Of a stretch of 64,000 bases of DNA, positions 22,259 through 39,427 are shown piece by piece. Position 1 is the stretch's first letter. Each line of letters starts with the position of its first letter. This DNA comes from Amoebidium appalachense (taxonomy: Eukaryota; Protista; Ichthyosporea), in contig CAVNZM010000004.1 in NCBI GenBank assembly GCA_963693365.1, positions 12,819,088-12,883,087 on the forward strand, given 5' to 3'. The position numbers and the translations under genes are program-made. The notes under the pieces are model-generated. The model was not told the origin of the DNA, made no database searches, and was given only the letters and a program-made list of their open reading frames with translations.

Positions 22259-22741
22259 ATGGGAGACGCACTTTTGCGCCCCGATTCGGTTGACCCCGAA
22301 CGATGCCCTGCATTTGCACCCTCAAAAAAAGCCCAGTGCAAAAACAAAAAGAAAACATGCCCACACCACAAGGACGGCTTCAAGCCCTGGGTATGCTTTG
22401 CCCCTGCCACCGGTGTCCTCCTCTACAGCGACAACACCATCAACATCCTCCACCCCCACAAGGCCGGGGACTATGCTCATGCAAACCTCCTGCTGGACGA
22501 CCTCCTGGCCGCCTTTACAGTCGCAGAAATGCAGCGCCCTCGCACCGAGCGCACAGGGGTACCCGCGCTGACTGTGTCCACTCCGGATCCACCCATGGGT
22601 GCACCACAGCCACCGGTTGCAGCTGCAGCGGTGGGTGTGGGCAGGGAAAATGGGTACTGCCAGGGCAAAACCAAGGCTGGCAATCCCTGCAAAAACAGGG
22701 TGAAATCTACGACCCATTGCCATAAGCACAAGCCCAAATAA
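22259..22741 (+). CDS. Small protein with two CCCH-type motifs (DUF5763-like), 160 aa
   Basis: CPAFAPSKKAQCKNKKKTCPHH and CQGKTKAGNPCKNRVKSTTHCHKH; intronless. Confidence 0.7.
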   Translation: MGDALLRPDSVDPERCPAFAPSKKAQCKNKKKTCPHHKDGFKPWVCFAPATGVLLYSDNTINILHPHKAGDYAHANLLLDDLLAAFTVAEMQRPRTERTGVPALTVSTPDPPMGAPQPPVAAAAVGVGRENGYCQGKTKAGNPCKNRVKSTTHCHKHKPK

Positions 22742-23028
22742 AAAAACCACCCACACACCCACACGTGCCAACATACACTATCCTCCCCGTGAGTGGCATG
22801 CCAGTCTCCCCTGCCCCCCTGCCCCCCTGCTCCCCTGCTCCCCTGCCCCCCTGCCCCCCTGCTCCCCTGCCATATGCACACCCACACACTGGGTGCCCCC
22901 CCCAGCCCCCCCTGCCTCCCGGAACCACGCCCCGGCGCAGGGCCAGTGAGTGCTCACGTGCCTCCCCTGCCTCCCGGAACCACGCCCCGGCGCAGTGGCA
23001 GCTATTTTTAGATATAGAGATTCCATGG

Positions 23029-23128
23029 CCACATGGCCAGATGGCCAGATCATTTTGCTCACCGTTTTATCCCGTTTTATCCACCTTTTTCCACACACTG
23101 AATTTGACCTGGCCATCTGGCCATCTGG
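23029..23128. repeat. 24-bp inverted repeat (foldback)
   Basis: CCACATGGCCAGATGGCCAGATCA (23029-23052) and TGACCTGGCCATCTGGCCATCTGG (23105-23128), 2 mismatches. Confidence 0.8.
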
Positions 23129-23479
23129 GTAGAGACCGTTTTCTGTTCTGATATTGGAGAACTGTCTGATAGTGATAGCAAATGTCATTCGAAGAACAAT
23201 CGGGAAACCCCGTGGTGTGACAACCAATCAGAATGAAGCAATCAAAATGCAAAGCATCCAATCAAAAAGCCCAAAGAATTTTATTGGCTGTTGATGAATA
23301 TCATCAGCGGAGGCTAATTGGTCAATCGTTGCACCTGGAATGCAGAAGAAATTTCGATGGGTCCAGCGACCGGGTATAAAAACAGGGCAATCAAGCACAG
23401 TCTGCCACACAGGCTTAAAGCCTTCCACATGTAGAACGAGTCAACGAGTACACAGGGCAATACATTGTATCACTTCAAT

Positions 23480-24202
23480 ATGGCTAGCTTTGATATCCCC
23501 GCCAAGGTAGATTCCATCAGCAACATGGACTCCAGGATACAGGAGCTGGAGGCACGCATTGCACTGCTAAGCAGCATGGTGCTGTCGCCAAACCGTGGCG
23601 GTGCCATGGACCGCAGCTGCGACCCGGGGCCCATCGGCATGGTGGGGTTTGCCATGGCCACGATCATGCTGGGCTACGCAAAGGCCGGGCTGGTGGAGGC
23701 CGAGTCTGCGTCGCTGCTGACGTGCTGGGGGTTTATGATGGGCGGCGTGGTGCAGCTGGTGGCCGGCATCTGGGAGCAGCAGCGCGGCGGCATCTTTGGC
23801 TGCTGGGCCTTCACGGCCTTCGGTTGCTCGTGGATGGCCACGGGCTTCTTCAACACCCTCGTGGCCGCGCACGTGCTCACGCCCCCCGGCCCCAAGGGCG
23901 ATATGGCCAAGGCCGGGCTGTGGTTCGTCTTTGCGCTTATGCTCACCGTGCTGTCGTTCCGCGTGTCCACCTACCACATCCCCATGCTGGCCTCCGTCAC
24001 GCTGATCTTCCTGTGCGAGTTCCTGGCCGTGGCCTTCGAGTCCACCGTGCTGATGCATGCCGCCGGCTACTTTGCCATCATTGCCGGCAGCATGGCCTTC
24101 CTGCTCGCCTTTGCCATCAACGTCAACGACATGTGGGGCCGCCGCATCTTCAACTACGGAGCACATAGCCACTCGGCACACGAGATAGACAGGATGGCCT
24201 AG
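23480..24202 (+). CDS. GPR1/FUN34/YaaH (SatP/Ady2) family acetate transporter
   Basis: DPGPIGMVGFA (variant of NP(A/G)PLGL), GGVVQLVAGIWE, AFTAFGCSW, about 6 TM helices; TATAAAA near 23376. Confidence 0.9.
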   Translation: MASFDIPAKVDSISNMDSRIQELEARIALLSSMVLSPNRGGAMDRSCDPGPIGMVGFAMATIMLGYAKAGLVEAESASLLTCWGFMMGGVVQLVAGIWEQQRGGIFGCWAFTAFGCSWMATGFFNTLVAAHVLTPPGPKGDMAKAGLWFVFALMLTVLSFRVSTYHIPMLASVTLIFLCEFLAVAFESTVLMHAAGYFAIIAGSMAFLLAFAINVNDMWGRRIFNYGAHSHSAHEIDRMA

Positions 24203-24489
24203 GCCTAGGGGTTGAGCCAGACGAGAACGAGAAAACACAAACGAAGGGTATGCACGTATGGAAAACCACCTTATTATGCGAATGTATGGAACAAGTATAG
24301 CATTTTGATTAAGTATTGATAAAAAAAGAGATAGCTGCGCTGGCCACAGCTGCACTACTAATAAAGAGGCAGTGAGTTTACCGACATCCATGACTTACAG
24401 TACGGTATTGACTTTTTGTAGGGTTTAATAACCCAGCCCACTTTACCGGACACAAGGGTATTCACAGATAGACACCCATATCGAGACAC

Positions 24490-28670
<4,181 letters not shown>

Positions 28671-29411
28671 GTGTTGTGGTGGTGGGGGAGACCCGGGCAA
28701 GGAGTGCCCACCGGTGTGGCTGGGATGAATGCCCTGGGCAAAGTGTGTGCAAATAGTTAGGATTGTTTGAAGGTGTGTTAGCTTAGCTAATAATACCGTA
28801 GCACCCTAGCTAGAGTACTGTGGGTGCTGGGTGGAAGACGGTAGTTCCCCCTGAGTCCCTCCGGTACCGGTAGCAAAACGGGATAAAATAAATAAATAAT
28901 TTTAAAAAAAAATAAAAAAAATAAATAAATAAAAAAGGGCAAGGAGGGTGGGGCAGGGGTGTGGAAGGTCGGTCGGGGAAACGGGTAGCATATGGCTGAC
29001 TGCACTGAGTCATTCAAGCATGAAGTCGGAGACTAACACAGTATGGCACCTCGCAGTTGCCTCCCACGTAAGGCACAGCACACACACTTTGAAAGAGAAA
29101 GACAGCCAATATTTTTATTGAAGCAAACGTATCTTCCAGCACTCAACTTGAGCGTGTAGCATACCAGAATCAGCTTCCTATCATATGCTTGTGCCGTTCG
29201 TAAAAAAATCCCCGGCTAAAATCGGACACCAAAAGATCTCAACTTTAACTGCCACATCTTAAGATTTACTATGAATAATTAGCTAGCGCATCATGGGTGC
29301 ATCTGCAGGGCCAATCTCAAGAGATTCATCCTTCCACCACATGCATCATCTTATAAAGCAGAAAAAATGTGCGTCTGAATTCGCTTCGCTTGTGTGCCTA
29401 CAAGCATGACT

Positions 29412-29774
29412 TCACTTGTCTCGCATCCCCTCGAGGTTGCAACCATGCGCCACTGCTATAACCTTCTCAGCTTCCACCCCCTTTGTCGCAGCACATGGAC
29501 ATCCACAGGCTGTGTCCAGCCTTCTTTTCTCCCTCATGGCCATAGCCTTCTTGTCGAAGTTCTCAAAGTAGACCTTGAGTAGCAGCGTGATGACTGCAAA
29601 TCCTATCTCGATGAAAAGGAACACGTAGCCCATCACGGCCCCCATCAGCACCATGTACACACACGTCAAGGTAGTGCCGAGAATATACGCAAACAGCCAC
29701 CCATACGAGAGTTCCTCAGCGCTGCGTGTGCGTATCGTTTGCCATATTTGTGGTGCCAAGCACAGACCTAACAC
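29412..29774 (-). CDS. SemiSWEET-like / PQ-loop three-TM transporter; 5' end unresolved
   Basis: LGLCLAPQIWQTIRTRSAEELSYGWLFAYILGTTLTCVY...: PQ motif and the R/K-S-A-x-x-L-S loop, followed by two more TM helices. No in-frame ATG precedes TM1 (TGA at 29819-29817). Confidence 0.7.
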   Translation of the reverse strand: MLGLCLAPQIWQTIRTRSAEELSYGWLFAYILGTTLTCVYMVLMGAVMGYVFLFIEIGFAVITLLLKVYFENFDKKAMAMREKRRLDTACGCPCAATKGVEAEKVIAVAHGCNLEGMRDK

Positions 29775-30865
29775 GACCCCTCGGCCGTGCCAAACCCGGT
29801 GGCAAGAGCACTTGCATCACAGCCTTCTGCTCCCATGTTTGCCATCACCTCCTTCTGTCTTTGTCGTTGTAATTGCTTTGGTCTGAACGTTGCCGACGGG
29901 AAGCCATAGACGAAGCCGCGAAGGATACCCCAACGCACCGTAGGAAAACAAATGCCGCGGAGTAGAAGACACAGAGCCTGAAGTCAAAGAGCAACCTGGG
30001 AAGTTGTGAGCTGTTCATGCTGGCGGCGCCGGCCTTAGTATGTAGCGCGCGGCTCTTCGGGAATTCGATTCCTTTCAGCGTGAATTCATCCAGTTTATTT
30101 CTCGAACCTCTTGAGTGTTTTTGGTCTCCCTCCGGCGCGCCAGCGACTTCGCTTTTGTTTTCATTTGGTTAGGCTTCCTTCTTATCATCCTTTGTTGCAA
30201 TTCTTTCCTTCTGTTCCCGGCATTTCTAATGTTCGTGCGAAATGTCCTATCCCCAATCTCTCCCCCATTTCGAGATATCCTTTTAAATACTTTAGACTTT
30301 TTGTTGAATTCTGTTGGTCGTCACATTGAGTATTTATATGATTTTCACACAGTGTTCAGGTATCTCAGTATGCACTTGTTACTGGATAACTCGTGAAGTT
30401 TTTATTGTCTTCTCAGTATGCCATGCATACTTGCATATCTTTCCGTCGAATAAATCCAGTCAAAAGAAGAAAAAAAATACTTATCTCCTTTATTTTTCTC
30501 TTCTACTCAATCAGCAGTATGTTACTTGGTTTCATACTCAATATCATTTCCTTCATCGTTGTGATAAAGAGTATCATGGTAGGGCTCTTGAGCCTGTGCT
30601 TCTTTTTATATTAGAGACTCGGCGTCTATTTTCTTTACAATCGTCGTGTAAATTAGCTACTTATATTTATCCTTCCTCTCGTAAACCTACCACACCGATT
30701 TTGCAATTCTAACCCCTCCTTGTGATATAGCTTGGAAATGTTTATTTTGGCGCTGTAACCTTTGTTTCCATAAATGTTTTTGTGCCACTTTTGTGCAGAA
30801 CCTTTTTCTCGTAAACACTTAGATAGATGTATTTATTTATCTCAGGCTGTTCCATTAGAAATTTT

Positions 30866-31872
30866 TTCTTTTGACTCGGGTTTATTGATCCGTTGATGAA
30901 GTTAACGTGCAGCCACAGGCTACATAACCACCAATAGAACTGAAAAAGCCAAAGCTACGAAATAAAAATAAAGCGACAAGTGACAAGGACACCAGCGGGC
31001 AAAAACTTAAGTGTACGTGTATGCGTGACACTAGTTTGCTCCAACTAGTCATATGCATCGATGTTGACCAGACCACACTCCGCAAGAAGACATCATTACT
31101 GCTCGAGCTCCTTCCCAACTGTCAGGCCCCCCTCAAAACCTACCAAGGCACAGCAAGCAAGCCAGCCTCTAAAAGAGCAATGCAGACCAAATCTGAGCTA
31201 AAAAACAATCCCAACGGGCGCGGCCCCTAGATAACCCGGAGAAACTGCATCTAGCTCTCTGATAAGGTGGCCTAGTTGTGGCAGGACACACAGAAAAACA
31301 CAATTACAGAATGCATGCAAGCAAACCCGGTCATTGCCATACGACTGGAGGCTAAGGACTGGCAGTCACTTGGAAAGCTCCCCGACGACCTTAAGTAGCC
31401 GCCCCTCCACTCACGCAGCGCAGAAGTAGCTGAAGAAGTTGCAGCAGCCCACCGCCAATACTAGGTCACGTAGAAGCGTAGACAGCGTGTAGAAGTTACC
31501 ATAGGTTGCAGTGGACCACCAGGCGTTGAAGAAACCACTTCTCAAGCGAGAAACTCCGCGAAAGGGAGATGCCCCCGCACTCTCACAGCAGTAGGAATAC
31601 ACCAGGCCACACCACACACACGCTGCAGTCACGTTCCTGACAGTTCCCCTGAGTGGGACTCCCTCCCACCACAAAAAGAAGAAACGAAAGCCTTTACATA
31701 CCTGCCATGGTGAAGAATCGGGAAAAACAGTTGACGTGACAGCTAAGAGATCGAAGTGAAAGTGAAGTCCTTGTCAAAAAGAAAAAACGAAAGCCTTTAT
31801 ATAACCTGCCACGGTGAAGAATCGGGAAAAAAGTTGACGTGACAGCTAAGAGATCGAAGTGAAAGTGAAGTC
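30866..31872. repeat. Diverged ~1-kb repeat, copy 1, ending in 2 x ~100-bp tandem units
   Basis: Colinear with 32217-33340 (e.g. AACGTGCAGCCACAGGCTACAT, GATAAGGTGGCCTAGTTGTGGCAGGACACACAG, GTTGACGTGACAGCTAAGAGATCGAAGT). Confidence 0.9.
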
Positions 31873-32216
31873 CCCCAAAGAAATTAGAAGACTGGCTTAT
31901 TTAGATAATCCTGATATTACGTCTATTGGCCATCCGTTGAACCACGGTATGTTAATAACGAGTTTTCTAGGGTGTATGATTATTTAAGTCGTTATCTCCT
32001 CCGTATCCGAGAGTGAGGGCTTTTGTATTTTTCTTCTCCGAGATATCGGTGATATCTCGATGGCTTCTATTTTGCTGAGCATATCAATATTTAAGTCATT
32101 ACATAAAAAAAGGCCTACTCAGGTATGACGTCAATGTTGTGCAATCTGGGCGGTTTCCCTTACAACAAATTGTGATAACAAATAATAGTTGCTTCATTGT
32201 TTACATACTTGCAAAG

Positions 32217-33340
32217 TTTTCTCTTGACTGGGATTTATATTGATCGGTGGTCCAGTGCATATGAAGGCAACGTGCAGCCACAGGCTACATGACCACCAAA
32301 ATAACCGACTTCGAAAGAGCCACAGCGATGAAATAAAAACAAAACAACAAGTGACCAAAGGACACCAGTGGGCAAAGGTACAAGTGCACGTGTATGCGTG
32401 AAACTAGTTTGCCATCTAGTCATATGCAGCGATGATGACCAGGCCACACTCCGCAAGAACTGTAGACATCATTACTGCTGGCCCCCGGGCCCAACAGGCC
32501 CCCCTCAAAACCTACCGGGGCACAGCAAGCAAGTCAGCCCTTAAAAGAGCAATGCAGACCAAATCCGAGCGAGAAAACAATCCCCACGAGCCCGTCCCCT
32601 AGAAAACCCGCAGAAGCTGTCTCTAACTCTTTGATAAGGTGGCCTAGTTGTGGCAGGACACACAGGAAACACAACAGTTTAAAGTTACTACAGAATGCAT
32701 ACAAGCAAACCCAGTCATTGCCATACTGCTGAAGGCTGAAAACACGGCAGCAACAAGGTAAGCTCCTCGACGACCCAGTAGCTACCCCTCCACTCACGCA
32801 GCGCAGAAGCAGTTGAAGAAGTTGCAGCAGCCCATGGCCAATAGCTCGTGTAGAAGCGTAGATGGCGTGTAGAAGTCACCGTAAGTTGCAGTGGGCCACC
32901 AGATGTCGAAGAAACCACTCCTCAAGCGAGAAACTCCGCGGAAGGGAGATGACCCCACACTCTCACAGCAGTAGGAATAGACAAGGCCGCACTACACACA
33001 CACACTGTCACGTTCCCCTGAGTGGGACCCCTTCCCACCACAAAAAGAAAAAACGAAAGCCTTTATATACCTGCCATGGTGATGAATCGGGAAAAAAAGT
33101 TGACGTGACAGCTAAGAGATCGAAGTAAAAGTGAAGTCCACAAAAAGAAAAAACGAAAGCCTTTATATACCTGCCATGGTGAAGAATCGGGAAAAAAAAG
33201 TTGACGTGACAGCTAAGAGATCGAAGTAAAAGTGAAGTCCACAAAAAGAAAAAACGAAAGCCTTTATATACCTGCCATGGTGAAGAATCGGGAAAAAAAA
33301 GTTGACGTGACAGCTAAGAGATCGAAGTAAAAGTGAAGTC
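32217..33340. repeat. Diverged ~1-kb repeat, copy 2, ending in 3 x ~100-bp tandem units
   Basis: Direct repeat of 30866-31872. Confidence 0.9.
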
Positions 33341-33767
33341 TAAAGCTTTGACCATTTGTACACCAATCATATGTTTGAAATAGCCAATGAGCCATGGCCG
33401 CAACGGGTGACGGTGCCCGGAGGATACCGGGATCCTCTCGAGCTCCTACGGGCAGACGGGCATACACAGTCACACACTCCGCCGTAACCTTACTGTACAG
33501 TGACTCACTACCGTTTGTGCAATTGTTGTGGCAAAAGGGAAGAATAATCGGCCTCACTCAGCACTACAGGTTTGGTTGGTTGGTTGGTTGGGGAAGGAGG
33601 GGGCCGGGGGGAGGGGCCGGGGGGGGGGGGGGGGGGGGGGGGGGATCTGAGAGACGAGGAGGGGGAGGGGGGGGGGGGGGGGGGGGGGGGGGAGGATCGG
33701 CTTGTTTTATCAGTAGAATATGTGGTATTTTTTTTTGTGTGTGTGTGTGCACGTGTGTGTGTGTGTG

Positions 33768-33798
<31 letters not shown>

Positions 33799-33947
33799 GG
33801 GGGGGGGGAGATCGGTTTGTTTTATCACTAGAATACTATTGGGGGGGCTTTTTTTTTGTTGTTGTTGTGTGTGTGTTGTGTGTGTGTGTGTGTGTGTGGG
33901 TGTGTGTTTGTGTGTTTTTGTGGGTGTGTGTGTGGGTGGGCGGACGT

Positions 33948-33981
<34 letters not shown>

Positions 33982-35021
33982 TACTTGGTTATAACTCGAA
34001 GTCATGTGTATGAGAGATGCTCCTCCTCCATATCCAGCTTGCAATTGGGAAACCTGTTCTCAGAAACTCGGCATGTACGTATACAACTATGGAAATAACA
34101 CATTGCTCAGACAAAAAAGAGATGATATTATCCAGCTGCAGTACCGTTTTGTTGCCTATAGAAGGAAAAAAAATCAGCCCCACTCTACTAGCACCACAAG
34201 TTACAGGCTCAACCGTTGAAAGGCAATCCGAGAAGGAAAAAAAAATGGCCTTGAAATAATGAGTACCACTCCATTTGTAGGAGCCTTGCCCACCATGCCT
34301 CCTATCAATGTGTCCTGCCCCCCCCCCTCTTTAGGACACACACACACAACTGCACCACGCCATGCGGGCACCGGGGGTGGCTGATAACCTGTCTAAAAGG
34401 ATCTTACAGATCCAACTGTCACAACGTATTGAATCCTGGGCCCTATGTATGGCAATGGGCAGCTGCCTGACTCAAGACTGGGAAGGTCCGTATTTTGTAT
34501 TTTGCATTCACGACTTAGCTTGCTGGGTGACCTATGTAATGACACCCAGCATCATACTCTAGCCCATCCATGGTGGGCATTTCTGCGAAACACAGCTACG
34601 TTCACGCTTGTGTGTGCTGGTGTTGCGACGGTAGCCCTACGTATCACAGCTAAAGACTAAAAATTGGAAAAGATAACTTTGGGGGGAAAAAAGCATGGAT
34701 ATATATGTACAGGCAACAACTTTCACCTTGTGGCATGTCCATAGGGACTATGTAGATATGCAAGTGCAAGCCTTCATAAATGTGTTGTCATTGTAGCTTA
34801 AACAGGTGTACCGTGACCAAAAAAAAAAAAAGAACAATGTACGGAACTTCACAAAAACTCGCTTAGTCTCCTAGCCACCGATCCATTGGTTCAACATCAA
34901 CGTCGTGTATACCCATTCAAATGTGCTGGATTTCTCTTCTACACAGCCTAAGCCCGCCTATAGTTACTCCATACATAAGCAAGCACGCTCATGTATATAG
35001 ATAGACATCACGCACACACAC

Positions 35022-35341
35022 TTACTCAGGCTTGCGCACAAGCACAAAGTACATGGGTGTGAAGATCTCAAGCCTGCCGCCCTCAGCCAATGCCGATGCA
35101 GCGGTGCACAGCAGGCTGTGAACCTTGACGGTGCCCTTTGGCGCCAAGCCGGTGGACTCCAGCACGGTGACAAAGTTGTGGGTGATGGCGCGGCCCAGCC
35201 AGGTGTGGCGGAAGTTCTGCAGGTTGTACTGGCCCACTAGGGTCTGGTACCAGGGGATCATGTGGTCCCGGTTGTCCACCATGTCACGAGCCTCAACAAG
35301 CTCGAACCCGGCCGCCTGCATTGTGTGTGTGCGCGCGCGTC

Positions 35342-35375
<34 letters not shown>

Positions 35376-37231
35376 GGAGAAGGTGGTGTTAGAAAACAAT
35401 GGTGCCACACACTTGAGTTAAGCGTAAATACAGTCATCCATGTTCTAACAAAACCAAGGAAACAAAGATGATCCATGCTCTATTCATCTACCCCCCTTTC
35501 CTCCCCAAATCTATTTTCCTGTGTGAGAATTTTCCTGGGTGTACGTGCTCCCACTTCCTCCCCAATCTCTAATCATGTGTGTACCTCCGCTACCCCCCCT
35601 CCCCCCTCCCCTCTCTTTCCCCAAAACTTCCGCGGTTGACGAGGGGTGGAGGTGGCCCCCGGGGGGTGGGGGGAGGGGGGGGGGGGATTGAGATTGAGAT
35701 ACCCCTACCATCAAAGAGAAAGGCTAAGGGGACAACCCGGGGCAGGGGCAGGGGCAGGCCTGGGGCAAAATGGGGGGATGGGGAGCTACGAACCTTCCAT
35801 GCGTCAGTGTGGTCGGCATAGGTGCCCAGCTCGGGCAGGGCATCACCAATCTCAATCTCGTGCTTGAGCTTGCGGTGGTACTCGTTGTTAGGGTCGTACT
35901 TGGGCGTCACGGCCCACTCAAGCGACGCAAAGTACGCACCGGGCTTCATCACGCGGAAAATCTCACTGTGGAAGGACGGGATGGTTGTGAGAAACAAACG
36001 AAAAGGCAAAGAGGAACAACTGTGGTTGCAAAGATGTAGTGAATGCCTCGAGGATGTAGTGAATGCCTCGAGGAAGGACGTGCAGGTGTGGGTGGAGAGG
36101 TCCCGCATCCGGCCCCCATCCGTTGGACCACTCATTATTCCACCCCCTCCTCCCCCCCCCCCCCCCCCCCCTCATCCCCCCGGCTCTGAGACAATTTGAA
36201 GGCAGGTAAAATGTTGTGTGTTGGAGAGGGGGTAGACCCATACAAGGAAGGTGAAAGGTATCTACACAAAAAAATAGCTGCTAGAGGTGCTCATGTAGGG
36301 CAGTGGATGGATGACGATGATATATAGTATTCACGTGGGAACCAAACAGAAATTACAAGAGGCTGTTGCAGCGCGGCACAACATCAGAGTCACAGGCATG
36401 CCTCCTCGAGGTTGTTTTAAGCACTGCACGCACTGTTGCACACACTGAGTAACCCCCACCACCGTGAAGGGCAGCAGTGGGGGGACATTGGTGTGCGGGG
36501 GGAGCTTAAACAGCTTTAAGGGGCCTTGAATGAATAGACGGTAGGTGAAAGACAAAAGCAACATCCGATTGGGAGGGTGGTAAAGCAGGGCGTAGGGGAA
36601 AGAAAAATCACAGGCACCGGAGAGAGGAGGAGGATGAAGTGAAGGGTTAACAAAAAGAGACGCACAGAACAAAAAAAGAAGCAGCAAAGAAAAACGAGCC
36701 GATTCAGGAACCACACATGCAAAATCCTCCGGGGAGAGCAGACTTAGTTACACAATAAGCAGTACGACTTCCAGAAAAACCATGGGATGCATGTATAAAG
36801 GCAAAAGGAAAGGTGTCTACGATGAGGCGAGCCCAGATCGGGAGAACAAGGGGGGGGGGGGGGGGGGGGGGGATGGGATGCACACACGGAGCGCAAGGGG
36901 ATCCATCAAATTGTTGTGATGGTGGTGATGGTACTGGTGGATGTGGGGGGGGGGGGGGGGGGGGGGGTTTGAATGCGTCAAAAAGTACGAAGTACACAAG
37001 AACAAACGGATAACATGATGCAAAATGCAAGCCATACATTAAGAGTGTGCATAATAAGCAGAGCCCATCCTCAGGGGGGGCCCATGTCATCGGGGATGCA
37101 TCGAAGTATGTCGGTTAAGCTTACACGACAGCGTGATTGGTGTTGAATGCAAACGGGGCAGACCCAATTGGTGTCGGTCCCTCCCCCCCCCACCCCCCCC
37201 ACCCCCCCCACATACACACTGAAACTCGCAG

Positions 37232-37272
<41 letters not shown>

Positions 37273-38279
37273 GAGGGGGGAAGGCAGATCCCACACCACC
37301 AAAACGACAATTAGGGAACAAAGAAAGCATTTAGAGAAGAAGCATAGAAATGTTGCAGTGCGGCACAACATCAGAGTAACAGGCATGCCTCCTCGAGGTT
37401 GTTTTTTTGCACTGCACGCACTGTTGCACACACTGAGTAACCCCCACCACCGTGAAGGGCAGCAGCGGGGGGACATTGGTGTGCGGGCTGCATGCAGACT
37501 CAGGCAAATAAAGGGAGTCTGACACGAACGAAACGGACAAAGCTTGGACTTCAGCCCCCCCCCCCCCCCCCCAAAAAAAAAAAGAAAAAAAAACTGAAAA
37601 GGGGGGGAAGGGGGAGGGGCACGACACCCTTGGGTTTGGGGTGTCTCTCATCCCAAGGTGGATGTGTGTGAGTGTGTTTAAGTGTGTCCGGGGGGTGTGT
37701 CGTGGGGGGGGGGGGGGGGGGGGGGGGAGGGGGAGAGGGGGTTTGACTGCGTCAAAAAGTACGAAGTACACAAGAACAAACGGATAACACGATGCAGAAT
37801 GCAAGCCATACATAAAGAGTATGCATAACAGGCAGGGGGGGGGGGGGGGGGGGGGGAGGGGGGGGAGAGGGCGCACACAGAAAAAGCCACAAGTACGAGT
37901 TACCACAAATGAAACGGTTCATCAGAGAATGCAGAGGCCTTAGGAAGGTGCGTGTGTGCATGTGTGTGTGTGCTCTTTGTGGAGTACGGGTAGTAGAAAG
38001 GGAGTTATATACCTGTAGCACTTGAGCTTGTCGGGGGCATGGCACAGACTCTCGCAGTTGTAGCCGCCATCAAAGGTGTTTGCCTCGAAGGGCATCTTCA
38101 TGAAGTCGCCCTCCACATAGCTGCACTGGTCTGAGAGCTTGGCAAGTGCCGTGTGCATCTTGGCACGCTCAATCTGGTACGAGTCGAGGTTCAGCCCAAC
38201 AATGTGGGCCCCACGAACAAACGTGGTCATCTGCCTCTGTGGGCCACCAACACCGCAGCCAGTGTCGAGGTACCTGTGT

Positions 38280-38327
<48 letters not shown>

Positions 38328-39366
38328 TGTGTGATGGGAAGATGCGGAGACGGGAAGGAAAGGAAACAGACACGATCAGACGAGGTTTGGTTGCTGCACA
38401 ATAATAATCGGTAGGGTTGAGGTTTCCCTAAGAGAGGGGAAGAAGGAGCGGTGGGCAGCGGGTGGGGGGGGGGGGGGGGGGGGGGGGGGGGCAAGATACA
38501 AACGGCGCAAACATGAAGGCAAAGGAAGTAGGTTTCGGCCAAGGAATGGAAGAAAATGAAGCTGTAACAATTGTTCAGGTACAGGGTTTTGACAGGGTCG
38601 GTCCAGTTATGACATTTAAGACGTGTCTATGTTGCTTGTGTGTCCATGTGTGACAGAGCACTTTCAGGGCTGGACCATTCATGTATACCACAGAGACAGG
38701 AACGTGTGCATGGGGTGTGTGTGTGTGTAAGGACATGCCGGGAGGGGGGGGGGGGGGGGAGAAGACTATATCAAAAACTAACCTCTTGCCGGCCTCCATC
38801 TTGATGCGCTGGGCAAGGTGCATCTCATGCCGAGCAATGGCCATGTCGAAGGTCTCACGGCGGGTGCGGGGGGCAAAGTGGAAGCTCTGGCCCCAGCCAT
38901 ACTCGTAGAAGTCCGTCACCAAGTCATAGTAGCTCTTGGTGACGGTGTAGTAGTTCTCCTTGCGCTTCTCAACGAGGTTCTTGTCCTCATTTTTGTCGTA
39001 CATGGAGTGGAAGTTGGACTGTGTATTCAAGATGTGGTGAGAAAGGGAGCATCGCGACGTTTGAGTTCATGTCAGGGTTGGTGTATGTGGGACCACAGCA
39101 GGGGCTTTATCTTAGGAGCGATGCGTATTTACTGTTGGTGTGCTGGGGAAGGGGGAGGAGAGCGAGTAGGAAGCGTGGAGGAGGGGAGGGGGGAAAGAGA
39201 CCCATGCAGATGGTGATTACATTCGTAGGCCGAAAGATGCTGGTAACCAACGGGGTAATGGCAATCATTCCGAGGTAGGAAGCTATGGGACCGAAAAAAG
39301 AAAGGAAAAATCAGGGGGCAGTTAGGCAGTTAGTGTTACAGAAACAAAAAACAATGCTGCTTGTGT

Positions 39367-39427
<61 letters not shown>

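Noticed and set aside
29817-30018. Upstream ATG at 30018 or TGA read-through as the start of the PQ-loop gene
   Set aside because: The ATG frame differs from the PQ-loop frame and stops on its own; nothing supports read-through.
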